Source: Auanema rhodensis (Eukaryota; Animalia; Nematoda). From it: 11,383 nt of DNA. The DNA lies in contig CAXKVF010000001.1 in the NCBI GenBank assembly GCA_964057225.1, forward strand, positions 1 through 11,383. The letters run 5' to 3'. The stretch's first letter is position 1, and each line of letters begins with the position of its first letter. The position numbers were made by a program, and so were the translations under genes. The notes below the pieces were generated by a model, which was given only the letters and a program-made list of their open reading frames with translations, had not been told where the DNA came from and did not search any database. Shown in pieces: positions 1 to 8,689 of this stretch.

Positions 1-132
1 TCTTGAAGAGTTATAAGGAACAGAAAACCACAGTTGAAATCAATTCGAGTGTTCAAACTCTAGAATCCTCGAATCTGAATAATACTCATTACTGAAACCG
101 AAACTAGGATTCAGATGACCGATAGAACTCAG

Positions 133-137
133 AAAAA
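133..137 (-). terminator. Distal/backup Pol III T5 terminator (representative; recurs every 264 bp)
   Basis: Minus strand TTCTTTTTCT starting 32 nt after the tRNA 3' end. Reduced to T4 downstream of copies 4, 13 and 43. Confidence 0.6.
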
Positions 138-161
138 GAATATTTCAAGGTGTCGGAATGT

Positions 162-165
162 AAAA
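162..165 (-). terminator. Proximal Pol III T4 terminator (representative; recurs every 264 bp)
   Basis: Minus strand reads A73-ATG-TTTT. Runs of 4 or more T terminate metazoan Pol III. Disrupted in copy 35, extended to T5 in copy 43. Confidence 0.7.
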
Positions 166-168
166 CAT

Positions 169-241
169 TGCCCCGAACCAGGATCTAACTGGTGACCTTT
201 AGATCTTCAGTCTAACGCTCTCCCAACTGAGCTATCGAGGC
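169..241 (-). tRNA. tRNA-Phe-GAA: tRNA-Phe(GAA) copy 1, C56A variant (T-loop/B-box damaged, possible pseudogene)
   Basis: Cloverleaf with GAA anticodon; g>t at 186 changes TTCGATC to TTAGATC. Confidence 0.85.
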
Positions 242-274
242 TATGAGTAGACAGAATAAAGAAGTCTTGAAGAG

Positions 275-280
275 TTATAA
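275..280 (-). promoter_or_regulatory. Polymorphic TATA-like element TTATAA at -39..-34 (also at 11, 803, 2651, 3179, 8723)
   Basis: Present in only 6 spacers; the others read TGATAA on the minus strand. The position is compatible with the TFIIIB/TBP footprint (inference). Confidence 0.35.
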
Positions 281-444
281 GGAACAGAAAACCACAGTTG
301 AAATCAATTCGAGTGTTCAAACTCTAGAATCCTCGAATCTGAATAATACTCATTACTGAAACCGAAACTAGGATTCAGATGACCGATAGAACTCAGAAAA
401 AGAATATTTCAAGGTCTCGGAAGGTAAAACATTGCCCCGAACCA

Positions 445-453
445 GGATCGAAC
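445..453 (-). promoter_or_regulatory. Internal Pol III type 2 promoter B box (representative, copy 2)
   Basis: GTTCGATCC (tRNA nt 53-61) fits GTTCRANNC. Confidence 0.85.
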
Positions 454-486
454 TGGTGACCTTTAGATCTTCAGTCTAACGCTCTC

Positions 487-498
487 CCAACTGAGCTA
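487..498 (-). promoter_or_regulatory. Internal Pol III type 2 promoter A box (representative, copy 2)
   Basis: TAGCTCAGTTGG (tRNA nt 8-19) fits the A-box consensus TRGCNNAGY(N)GG. Confidence 0.85.
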
Positions 499-696
499 TC
501 GAGGCTATGAGTACACAGAATGAAGATTTCTTGAAGAGTTATCAGTGTCAGAAAACCACTGTTGTAATCAATTCGAGTGTTCAAACTCTGGAATCCTTGA
601 ATCTGAATAATACTCATTACTGAAACCGAAACTAGGATTCAGATGACCGATAGAACTCAGAAAAAGAATATTTCAAGGTGTCGGAAGGTAAAACAT

Positions 697-769
697 TGCC
701 CCGAACCAGGATCGAACTGGTGACCTTTAGATCTTCAGTCTAACGCTCTCCCAACTGAGCTATCGAGGC
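697..769 (-). tRNA. tRNA-Phe-GAA: tRNA-Phe(GAA) copy 3
   Basis: Identical to consensus cloverleaf. Confidence 0.98.
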
Positions 770-960
770 TATGAGTAGACAGAATAAAGAATTCTTGAAG
801 AGTTATAAGGAACAGAAAACCACAGTTGAAATCAATTCGAGTGTTCAAACTCTGGAATCCTGGAAACTGAATAATACTCATTACTGAAACCTAAGCTAGG
901 ATTCAGATGACCGATAGAACTCAGAAAAGGAATAATTCAAGGTGTCGGAAGGTAAAACAT

Positions 961-1033
961 TGCCCCGAACCAGGATCGAACTGGTGACCTTTAGATCTTC
1001 AGTCTAACGCTCTCCCAACTGAGCTATCGAGGC
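961..1033 (-). tRNA. tRNA-Phe-GAA: tRNA-Phe(GAA) copy 4
   Basis: Identical to consensus cloverleaf. Confidence 0.98.
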
Positions 1034-1224
1034 TATGAGTAGACAGAATAAAGAATTCTTGAAGAGTTATCAAGAACAGAAAACCACAGTTGAAATCAAT
1101 TCGAGTGTTCAAACTCTGGAATCCTCGAATCTGAATAATACTCATTACTGAAACCGAAACTAGGATTCAGATGACCGATAGAACTCAGAAAAAGAATATT
1201 TCAAGGTGTCGGAATGTAAAACAT

Positions 1225-1297
1225 TGCCCCGAACCAGGATCGAACTGGTGACCTTTAGATCTTCAGTCTAACGCTCTCCCAACTGAGCTATCGAGGC
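1225..1297 (-). tRNA. tRNA-Phe-GAA: tRNA-Phe(GAA) copy 5
   Basis: Identical to consensus cloverleaf. Confidence 0.98.
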
Positions 1298-1488
1298 TAT
1301 GAGTAGACAGAATAAAGATTTCTTGAAGAGTTATCAGTGTCAGAAAACCACTGTTGAAATCAATTCGAGTGTTCAAACTCTGGAATCCTTGAATCTGAAT
1401 AATACTCATTACTGAAACCGAAACTAGGATTCAGATGACCGATAGAACTCAGAAAAAGAATATTTCAAGGTGTCGGAAGGTAAAACAT

Positions 1489-1561
1489 TGCCCCGAACCA
1501 GGATCGAACTGGTGACCTTTACATCTTCAGTCTAACGCTCTCCCAACTGAGCTATCGAGGC
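1489..1561 (-). tRNA. tRNA-Phe-GAA: tRNA-Phe(GAA) copy 6, C40G variant (G30:G40 mismatch in anticodon stem)
   Basis: g>c at 1522 (ttacatct vs ttagatct). Confidence 0.88.
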
Positions 1562-1752
1562 TATGAGTAGACAGAATAAAGATTTCTTGAAGAGTTATCA
1601 GTGTCAGAAAACCACTGTTGAAATCAATTCGAGTGTTCAAACTCTGGAATCCTTGAATCTGAATAATACTCATTACTGAAACCGAAACTAGGATTCAGAT
1701 GACCGATAGAACTCAGAAAAAGAATATTTCAAGGTGTCGGAAGGTAAAACAT

Positions 1753-1825
1753 TGCCCCGAACCAGGATCGAACTGGTGACCTTTAGATCTTCAGTCTAAC
1801 GCTCTCCCAACTGAGCTATCGAGGC
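1753..1825 (-). tRNA. tRNA-Phe-GAA: tRNA-Phe(GAA) copy 7
   Basis: Identical to consensus cloverleaf. Confidence 0.98.
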
Positions 1826-2016
1826 TATGAGTAGACAGAATAAAGATTTCTTGAAGAGTTATCAGTGTCAGAAAACCACTGTTGAAATCAATTCGAGTGT
1901 TCAAACTCTGGAATCCTTGAATCTGAATAATACTCATTACTGAAACCGAAACTAGGATTCAGATGACCGATAGAACTCAGAAAAAGAATATTTCAAGGTG
2001 TCGGAATGTAAAACAT

Positions 2017-2089
2017 TGCCCCGAACCAGGATCGAACTGGTGACCTTTAGATCTTCAGTCTAACGCTCTCCCAACTGAGCTATCGAGGC
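2017..2089 (-). tRNA. tRNA-Phe-GAA: tRNA-Phe(GAA) copy 8
   Basis: Identical to consensus cloverleaf. Confidence 0.98.
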
Positions 2090-2280
2090 TATGAGTACAC
2101 AGAATGAAGATTTCTTGAAGAGTTATCAGTGTCAGAAAACCACTGTTGTAATCAATTCGAGTGTTCAAACTCTGGAATCCTTGAATCTGAATAATACTCA
2201 TTACTGAAACCGAAACTAGGATTCAGATGACCGATAGAACTCAGAAAAAGAATATTTCAAGGTGTCGGAAGGTAAAACAT

Positions 2281-2353
2281 TGCCCCGAACCAGGATCGAA
2301 CTGGTGACCTTTAGATCTTCAGTCTAACGCTCTCCCAACTGAGCTATCGAGGC
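2281..2353 (-). tRNA. tRNA-Phe-GAA: tRNA-Phe(GAA) copy 9
   Basis: Identical to consensus cloverleaf. Confidence 0.98.
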
Positions 2354-2544
2354 TATGAGTAGACAGAATAAAGAATTCTTGAAGAGTTATCAGGAACAGA
2401 AAACCACAGTTGAAATCAATTCGAGTGTTCAAACTCTAGAATCCTCGAATCTGAATAATACTCATTACTGAAACCGAAACTAGGATTCAGATGACCGATA
2501 GAACTCAGAAAAAGAATATTTCAAGGTGTCGGAATGTAAAACAT

Positions 2545-2617
2545 TGCCCCGAACCAGGATCGAACTGGTGACCTTTAGATCTTCAGTCTAACGCTCTCCC
2601 AACTGAGCTATCGAGGC
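2545..2617 (-). tRNA. tRNA-Phe-GAA: tRNA-Phe(GAA) copy 10
   Basis: Identical to consensus cloverleaf. Confidence 0.98.
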
Positions 2618-2808
2618 TATGAGTAGACAGAATAAAGAATTCTTGAAGAGTTATAAGGAACAGAAAACCACAGTTGAAATCAATTCGAGTGTTCAAACTC
2701 TAGAATCCTCGAATCTGAATAATACTCATTACTGAAACCGAAACTAGGATTCAGATGACCGATAGAACTCAGAAAAAGAATATTTCAAGGTGTCGGAAGG
2801 TAAAACAT

Positions 2809-2881
2809 TGCCCCGAACCAGGATCGAACTGGTGACCTTTAGATCTTCAGTCTAACGCTCTCCCAACTGAGCTATCGAGGC
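2809..2881 (-). tRNA. tRNA-Phe-GAA: tRNA-Phe(GAA) copy 11
   Basis: Identical to consensus cloverleaf. Confidence 0.98.
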
Positions 2882-3072
2882 TATGAGTACACAGAATGAA
2901 GATTTCTTGAAGAGTTATCAGTGTCAGAAAACCACTGTTGTAATCAATTCGAGTGTTCAAACTCTGGAATCCTTGAATCTGAATAATACTCATTACTGAA
3001 ACCGAAACTAGGATTCAGATGACCGATAGAACTCAGAAAAAGAATATTTCAAGGTGTCGGAAGGTAAAACAT

Positions 3073-3145
3073 TGCCCCGAACCAGGATCGAACTGGTGAC
3101 CGTTAGATCTTCAGTCTAACGCTCTCCCAACTGAGCTATCGAGGC
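3073..3145 (-). tRNA. tRNA-Phe-GAA: tRNA-Phe(GAA) copy 12, A44C variant (variable loop)
   Basis: t>g at 3102 (gaccgttag vs gacctttag). Confidence 0.92.
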
Positions 3146-3336
3146 TATGAGTAGACAGAATAAAGAATTCTTGAAGAGTTATAAGGAACAGAAAACCACA
3201 GTTGAAATCAATTCGAGTGTTCAAACTCTGGAATCCTGGAAACTGAATAATACTCATTACTGAAACCTAAGCTAGGATTCAGATGACCGATAGAACTCAG
3301 AAAAGGAATAATTCAAGGTGTCGGAAGGTAAAACAT

Positions 3337-3409
3337 TGCCCCGAACCAGGATCGAACTGGTGACCTTTAGATCTTCAGTCTAACGCTCTCCCAACTGAGC
3401 TATCGAGGC
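3337..3409 (-). tRNA. tRNA-Phe-GAA: tRNA-Phe(GAA) copy 13
   Basis: Identical to consensus cloverleaf. Confidence 0.98.
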
Positions 3410-3600
3410 TATGAGTAGACAGAATAAAGAATTCTTGAAGAGTTATCAAGAACAGAAAACCACAGTTGAAATCAATTCGAGTGTTCAAACTCTGGAATCC
3501 TCGAATCTGAATAATACTCATTACTGAAACCGAAACTAGGATTCAGATGACCGATAGAACTCAGAAAAAGAATATTTCAAGGTGTCGGAATGTAAAACAT

Positions 3601-3673
3601 TGCCCCGAACCAGGATCGAACTGGTGACCTTTAGATCTTCAGTCTAACGCTCTCCCAACTGAGCTATCGAGGC
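3601..3673 (-). tRNA. tRNA-Phe-GAA: tRNA-Phe(GAA) copy 14
   Basis: Identical to consensus cloverleaf. Confidence 0.98.
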
Positions 3674-3864
3674 TATGAGTAGACAGAATAAAGATTTCTT
3701 GAAGAGTTATCAGTGTCAGAAAACCACTGTTGAAATCAATTCGAGTGTTCAAACTCTGGAATCCTTGAATCTGAATAATACTCATTACTGAAACCGAAAC
3801 TAGGATTCAGATGACCGATAGAACTCAGAAAAAGAATATTTCAAGGTGTCGGAAGGTAAAACAT

Positions 3865-3937
3865 TGCCCCGAACCAGGATCGAACTGGTGACCTTTAGAT
3901 CTTCAGTCTAACGCTCTCCCAACTGAGCTATCGAGGC
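3865..3937 (-). tRNA. tRNA-Phe-GAA: tRNA-Phe(GAA) copy 15
   Basis: Identical to consensus cloverleaf. Confidence 0.98.
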
Positions 3938-4128
3938 TATGAGTAGACAGAATAAAGATTTCTTGAAGAGTTATCAGTGTCAGAAAACCACTGTTGAAAT
4001 CAATTCGAGTGTTCAAACTCTGGAATCCTTGAATCTGAATAATACTCATTACTGAAACCGAAACTAGGATTCAGATGACCGATAGAACTCAGAAAAAGAA
4101 TATTTCAAGGTGTCGGAAGGTAAAACAT

Positions 4129-4201
4129 TGCCCCGAACCAGGATCGAACTGGTGACCTTTAGATCTTCAGTCTAACGCTCTCCCAACTGAGCTATCGAGG
4201 C
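4129..4201 (-). tRNA. tRNA-Phe-GAA: tRNA-Phe(GAA) copy 16
   Basis: Identical to consensus cloverleaf. Confidence 0.98.
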
Positions 4202-4392
4202 TATGAGTAGACAGAATAAAGATTTCTTGAAGAGTTATCAGTGTCAGAAAACCACTGTTGAAATCAATTCGAGTGTTCAAACTCTGGAATCCTTGAATCT
4301 GAATAATACTCATTACTGAAACCGAAACTAGGATTCAGATGACCGATAGAACTCAGAAAAAGAATATTTCAAGGTGTCGGAAGGTAAAACAT

Positions 4393-4465
4393 TGCCCCGA
4401 ACCAGGATCGAACTGGTGACCTTTAGATCTTCAGTCTAACGCTCTCCCAACTGAGCTATCGAGGC
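4393..4465 (-). tRNA. tRNA-Phe-GAA: tRNA-Phe(GAA) copy 17
   Basis: Identical to consensus cloverleaf. Confidence 0.98.
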
Positions 4466-4656
4466 TATGAGTAGACAGAATAAAGATTTCTTGAAGAGTT
4501 ATCAGTGTCAGAAAACCACTGTTGAAATCAATTCGAGTGTTCAAACTCTGGAATCCTTGAATCTGAATAATACTCATTACTGAAACCGAAACTAGGATTC
4601 AGATGACCGATAGAACTCAGAAAAAGAATATTTCAAGGTGTCGGAAGGTAAAACAT

Positions 4657-4729
4657 TGCTCCGAACCAGGATCGAACTGGTGACCTTTAGATCTTCAGTC
4701 TAACGCTCTCCCAACTGAGCTATCGAGGC
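4657..4729 (-). tRNA. tRNA-Phe-GAA: tRNA-Phe(GAA) copy 18, G70A variant (C3:A70 mismatch in acceptor stem)
   Basis: c>t at 4660 (tgctccg vs tgccccg). Confidence 0.9.
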
Positions 4730-4920
4730 TATGAGTAGACAGAATAAAGATTTCTTGAAGAGTTATCAGTGTCAGAAAACCACTGTTGAAATCAATTCGA
4801 GTGTTCAAACTCTGGAATCCTTGAATCTGAATAATACTCATTACTGAAACCGAAACTAGGATTCAGATGACCGATAGAACTCAGAAAAAGAATATTTCAA
4901 GGTGTCGGAATGTAAAACAT

Positions 4921-4993
4921 TGCCCCGAACCAGGATCGAACTGGTGACCTTTAGATCTTCAGTCTAACGCTCTCCCAACTGAGCTATCGAGGC
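4921..4993 (-). tRNA. tRNA-Phe-GAA: tRNA-Phe(GAA) copy 19
   Basis: Identical to consensus cloverleaf. Confidence 0.98.
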
Positions 4994-5184
4994 TATGAGT
5001 AGACAGAATAAAGATTTCTTGAAGAGTTATCAAGAACAGAAAACCACAGTTGAAATCAATTCGAGTGTTCAAACTCTGGAATCCTCGAATCTGAATAATA
5101 CTCATTACTGAAACCGAAACTAGGATTCAGATGACCGATAGAACTCAGAAAAAGAATATTTCAAGGTGTCGGAATGTAAAACAT

Positions 5185-5257
5185 TGCCCCGAACCAGGAT
5201 CGAACTGGTGACCTTTAGATCTTCAGTCTAACGCTCTCCCAACTGAGCTATCGAGGC
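5185..5257 (-). tRNA. tRNA-Phe-GAA: tRNA-Phe(GAA) copy 20
   Basis: Identical to consensus cloverleaf. Confidence 0.98.
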
Positions 5258-5448
5258 TATGAGTAGACAGAATAAAGATTTCTTGAAGAGTTATCAGTGT
5301 CAGAAAACCACTGTTGAAATCAATTCGAGTGTTCAAACTCTGGAATCCTTGAATCTGAATAATACTCATTACTGAAACCGAAACTAGGATTCAGATGACC
5401 GATAGAACTCAGAAAAAGAATATTTCAAGGTGTCGGAAGGTAAAACAT

Positions 5449-5521
5449 TGCCCCGAACCAGGATCGAACTGGTGACCTTTAGATCTTCAGTCTAACGCTC
5501 TCCCAACTGAGCTATCGAGGC
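5449..5521 (-). tRNA. tRNA-Phe-GAA: tRNA-Phe(GAA) copy 21
   Basis: Identical to consensus cloverleaf. Confidence 0.98.
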
Positions 5522-5712
5522 TATGAGTAGACAGAATAAAGATTTCTTGAAGAGTTATCAGTGTCAGAAAACCACTGTTGAAATCAATTCGAGTGTTCAA
5601 ACTCTGGAATCCTTGAATCTGAATAATACTCATTACTGAAACCGAAACTAGGATTCAGATGACCGATAGAACTCAGAAAAAGAATATTTCAAGGTGTCGG
5701 AAGGTAAAACAT

Positions 5713-5785
5713 TGCCCCGAACCAGGATCGAACTGGTGACCTTTAGATCTTCAGTCTAACGCTCTCCCAACTGAGCTATCGAGGC
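5713..5785 (-). tRNA. tRNA-Phe-GAA: tRNA-Phe(GAA) copy 22
   Basis: Identical to consensus cloverleaf. Confidence 0.98.
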
Positions 5786-5976
5786 TATGAGTAGACAGAA
5801 TAAAGATTTCTTGAAGAGTTATCAGTGTCAGAAAACCACTGTTGAAATCAATTCGAGTGTTCAAACTCTGGAATCCTTGAATCTGAATAATACTCATTAC
5901 TGAAACCGAAACTAGGATTCAGATGACCGATAGAACTCAGAAAAAGAATATTTCAAGGTGTCGGAATGTAAAACAT

Positions 5977-6049
5977 TGCCCCGAACCAGGATCGAACTGG
6001 TGACCTTTAGATCTTCAGTCTAACGCTCTCCCAACTGAGCTATCGAGGC
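5977..6049 (-). tRNA. tRNA-Phe-GAA: tRNA-Phe(GAA) copy 23
   Basis: Identical to consensus cloverleaf. Confidence 0.98.
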
Positions 6050-6240
6050 TATGAGTAGACAGAATAAAGATTTCTTGAAGAGTTATCAGTGTCAGAAAAC
6101 CACTGTTGAAATCAATTCGAGTGTTCAAACTCTGGAATCCTTGAATCTGAATAATACTCATTACTGAAACCGAAACTAGGATTCAGATGACCGATAGAAC
6201 TCAGAAAAAGAATATTTCAAGGTGTCGGAAGGTAAAACAT

Positions 6241-6313
6241 TGCCCCGAACCAGGATCGAACTGGTGACCTTTAGATCTTCAGTCTAACGCTCTCCCAACT
6301 GAGCTATCGAGGC
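6241..6313 (-). tRNA. tRNA-Phe-GAA: tRNA-Phe(GAA) copy 24
   Basis: Identical to consensus cloverleaf. Confidence 0.98.
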
Positions 6314-6504
6314 TATGAGTAGACAGAATAAAGATTTCTTGAAGAGTTATCAGTGTCAGAAAACCACTGTTGAAATCAATTCGAGTGTTCAAACTCTGGA
6401 ATCCTTGAATCTGAATAATACTCATTACTGAAACCGAAACTAGGATTCAGATGACCGATAGAACTCAGAAAAAGAATATTTCAAGGTGTCGGAAGGTAAA
6501 ACAT

Positions 6505-6577
6505 TGCCCCGAACCAGGATCGAACTGGTGACCTTTAGATCTTCAGTCTAACGCTCTCCCAACTGAGCTATCGAGGA
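6505..6577 (-). tRNA. tRNA-Phe-GAA: tRNA-Phe(GAA) copy 25, G1T variant (U1:C72 mismatch)
   Basis: c>a at 6577 (gaggatat vs gaggctat). Confidence 0.9.
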
Positions 6578-6768
6578 TATGAGTAGACAGAATAAAGATT
6601 TCTTGAAGAGTTATCAGTGTCAGAAAACCACTGTTGAAATCAATTCGAGTGTTCAAACTCTGGAATCCTTGAATCTGAATAATACTCATTACTGAAACCG
6701 AAACTAGGATTCAGATGACCGATAGAACTCAGAAAAAGAATATTTCAAGGTGTCGGAAGGTAAAACAT

Positions 6769-6841
6769 TGCCCCGAACCAGGATCGAACTGGTGACCTTT
6801 AGATCTTCAGTCTAACGCTCTCCCAACTGAGCTATCGAGGC
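6769..6841 (-). tRNA. tRNA-Phe-GAA: tRNA-Phe(GAA) copy 26
   Basis: Identical to consensus cloverleaf. Confidence 0.98.
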
Positions 6842-7032
6842 TATGAGTAGACAGAATAAAGATTTCTTGAAGAGTTATCAGTGTCAAAAAACCACTGTTG
6901 AAATCAATTCGAGTGTTCAAACTCTGGAATCCTTGAATCTGAATAATACTCATTACTGAAACCGAAACTAGGATTCAGATGACCGATAGAACTCGGAAAA
7001 AGAATATTGCAAGGTGTCGGAAGGTAAAACAT

Positions 7033-7105
7033 TGCCCCGAACCAGGATCGAACTGGTGACCTTTAGATCTTCAGTCTAACGCTCTCCCAACTGAGCTATC
7101 GAGGC
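7033..7105 (-). tRNA. tRNA-Phe-GAA: tRNA-Phe(GAA) copy 27
   Basis: Identical to consensus cloverleaf. Confidence 0.98.
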
Positions 7106-7296
7106 TATGAGTAGACAGAATAAAGATTTCTTGAAGAGTTATCAGTGTCAAAAAACCACTGTTGAAATCAATTCGAGTGTTCAAACTCTGGAATCCTTGA
7201 ATCTGAATAATACTCATTACTGAAACCGAAACTAGGATTCAGATGACCGATACAACTCAGAAAAAGAATATTTCAAGGTGTCGGAAGGTAAAACAT

Positions 7297-7369
7297 TGCC
7301 CCGAACCAGGATCGAACTGGTGACCTTTAGATCTTCAGTCTAACGCTCTCCCAACTGAGCTATCGAGGC
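7297..7369 (-). tRNA. tRNA-Phe-GAA: tRNA-Phe(GAA) copy 28
   Basis: Identical to consensus cloverleaf. Confidence 0.98.
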
Positions 7370-7560
7370 TATGAGTAGACAGAATAAAGATTTCTTGAAG
7401 AGTTATCAGTGTCAGAAAACCACTGTTGAAATCAATTCGAGTGTTCAAACTCTGGAATCCTTGAATCTGAATAATACTCATTACTGAAACCGAAACTAGG
7501 ATTCAGATGACCGATAGAACTCAGAAAAAGAATATTTCAAGGTGTCGGAAGGTAAAACAT

Positions 7561-7633
7561 TGCCCCGAACCAGGATCGAACTGGTGACCTTTAGATCTTC
7601 AGTCTAACGCTCTCCCAACTGAGCTATCGAGGC
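7561..7633 (-). tRNA. tRNA-Phe-GAA: tRNA-Phe(GAA) copy 29
   Basis: Identical to consensus cloverleaf. Confidence 0.98.
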
Positions 7634-7824
7634 TATGAGTAGACAGAATAAAGATTTCTTGAAGAGTTATCAGTGTCAGAAAACCACAGTTGAAATCAAT
7701 TCCAATGTTCAAACTCTGGAATCCTCGAATCTGAATAATACTCATTACTGAAACCGAAACTAGGATTCAGATGACCGATAGAACTCAGAAAAAGAATATT
7801 TCAAGGTGTCGGAAGGTAAAACAT

Positions 7825-7897
7825 TGCCCCGAACCAGGATCGAACTGGTGACCTTTAGATCTTCAGTCTAACGCTCTCCCAACTGAGCTATCGAGGC
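7825..7897 (-). tRNA. tRNA-Phe-GAA: tRNA-Phe(GAA) copy 30
   Basis: Identical to consensus cloverleaf. Confidence 0.98.
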
Positions 7898-8088
7898 TAT
7901 GAGTAGACAGAATAAAGATTTCTTGAAGAGTTATCAGTGTCAGAAAACCACAGTTGAAATCAATTCCAATGTTCAAACTCTGGAATCCTCGAATCTGAAT
8001 AATACTCATTACTGAAACCGAAACTAGGATTCAGATGACCGATAGAACTCAGAAAAAGAATATTTCAAGGTGTCGGAAGGTAAAACAT

Positions 8089-8161
8089 TGCCCCGAACCA
8101 GGATCGAACTGGTGACCTTTAGATCTTCAGTCTAACGCTCTCCCAACTGAGCTATCGAGGC
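8089..8161 (-). tRNA. tRNA-Phe-GAA: tRNA-Phe(GAA) copy 31
   Basis: Identical to consensus cloverleaf. Confidence 0.98.
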
Positions 8162-8352
8162 TATGAGTAGACAGAATAAAGATTTCTTGAAGAGTTATCA
8201 GTGTCAGAAAACCACTGTTGAAATCAATTCGAGTGTTCAAACTCTGGAATCCTTGAATCTGAATAATACTCATTACTGAAACCGAAACTAGGATTCAGAT
8301 GACCGATAGAACTCAGAAAAAGAATATTTCAAGGTGTCGGAAGGTAAAACAT

Positions 8353-8425
8353 TGCCCCGAACCAGGATCGAACTGGTGACCTTTAGATCTTCAGTCTAAC
8401 GCTCTCCCAACTGAGCTATCGAGGC
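8353..8425 (-). tRNA. tRNA-Phe-GAA: tRNA-Phe(GAA) copy 32
   Basis: Identical to consensus cloverleaf. Confidence 0.98.
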
Positions 8426-8616
8426 TATGAGTAGACAGAATAAAGATTTCTTGAAGAGTTATCAGTGTCAGAAAACCACTGTTGAAATCAATTCGAGTGT
8501 TCAAACTCTGGAATCCTTGAATCTGAATAATACTCATTACTGAAACCGAAACTAGGATTCAGATGACCGATAGAACTCAGAAAAAGAATATTTCAAGGTG
8601 TCGGAAGGTAAAACAT

Positions 8617-8689
8617 TGCCCCGAACCAGGATCGAACTGGTGACCTTTAGATCTTCAGTCTAACGCTCTCCCAACTGAGCTATCGAGGC
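8617..8689 (-). tRNA. tRNA-Phe-GAA: tRNA-Phe(GAA) copy 33
   Basis: Identical to consensus cloverleaf. Confidence 0.98.

Larger units (their letters stand above)
433..505 (-). tRNA. tRNA-Phe-GAA: tRNA-Phe(GAA) copy 2 (consensus)
   Basis: Acceptor GCCTCGA/TCGGGGC, D-arm GCTC-AGTTGGGA-GAGC, anticodon arm TTAGA-CTGAAGA-TCTAA, V-loop AGGTC, T-arm ACCAG-TTCGATC-CTGGT, discriminator A73. Has G20 (eukaryotic PheRS identity element); no intron, no CCA. Confidence 0.98.

Noticed and set aside
43-66. Hairpin attc-gagt-gttcaa-actc-(ta/tg)-gaat with a B-box-like GTTCAAACT, suggesting a degenerate second tRNA on the plus strand
   Set aside because: Fails GTTCRANNC at the final C, no A box or cloverleaf is found, and the stem is disrupted in spacers 30/31.
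63-116. Spacer inverted repeats: atctgaat (73-80)/attcagat (109-116) and gaatcct (63-69)/aggattc (106-112)
   Set aside because: Short AT-rich stems with long loops. Variants in D spacers and spacers 36/40 break them without compensatory changes, and they lie beyond both terminators.
115-195. 26-codon plus-strand ORF (MTDRTQKKNISRCR...) running antisense into the tRNA
   Set aside because: Chance-length ORF with no supporting signal.
83-249. 7-bp inverted repeat tactcat/atgagta bracketing each tRNA, like MITE termini
   Set aside because: Too short, no target-site duplication, and plausible by chance in AT-rich sequence.
243-359. 38-codon plus-strand ORF (MSRQNK(D/E)FLKSY...NNTHY*) repeated in each spacer, with no stop gained in any haplotype
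   Set aside because: Very short, no recognisable motif or Pol II signals, and variants are mostly non-synonymous in roughly neutral proportion. Only Ribo-seq or proteomics evidence would revive it.
242-432. 5S rRNA, spliced-leader RNA or snRNA hidden in the spacer
   Set aside because: No recognisable 5S, SL or Sm-site motif on either strand by eye. An Rfam cmscan of the 191-bp spacer would be the decisive test.
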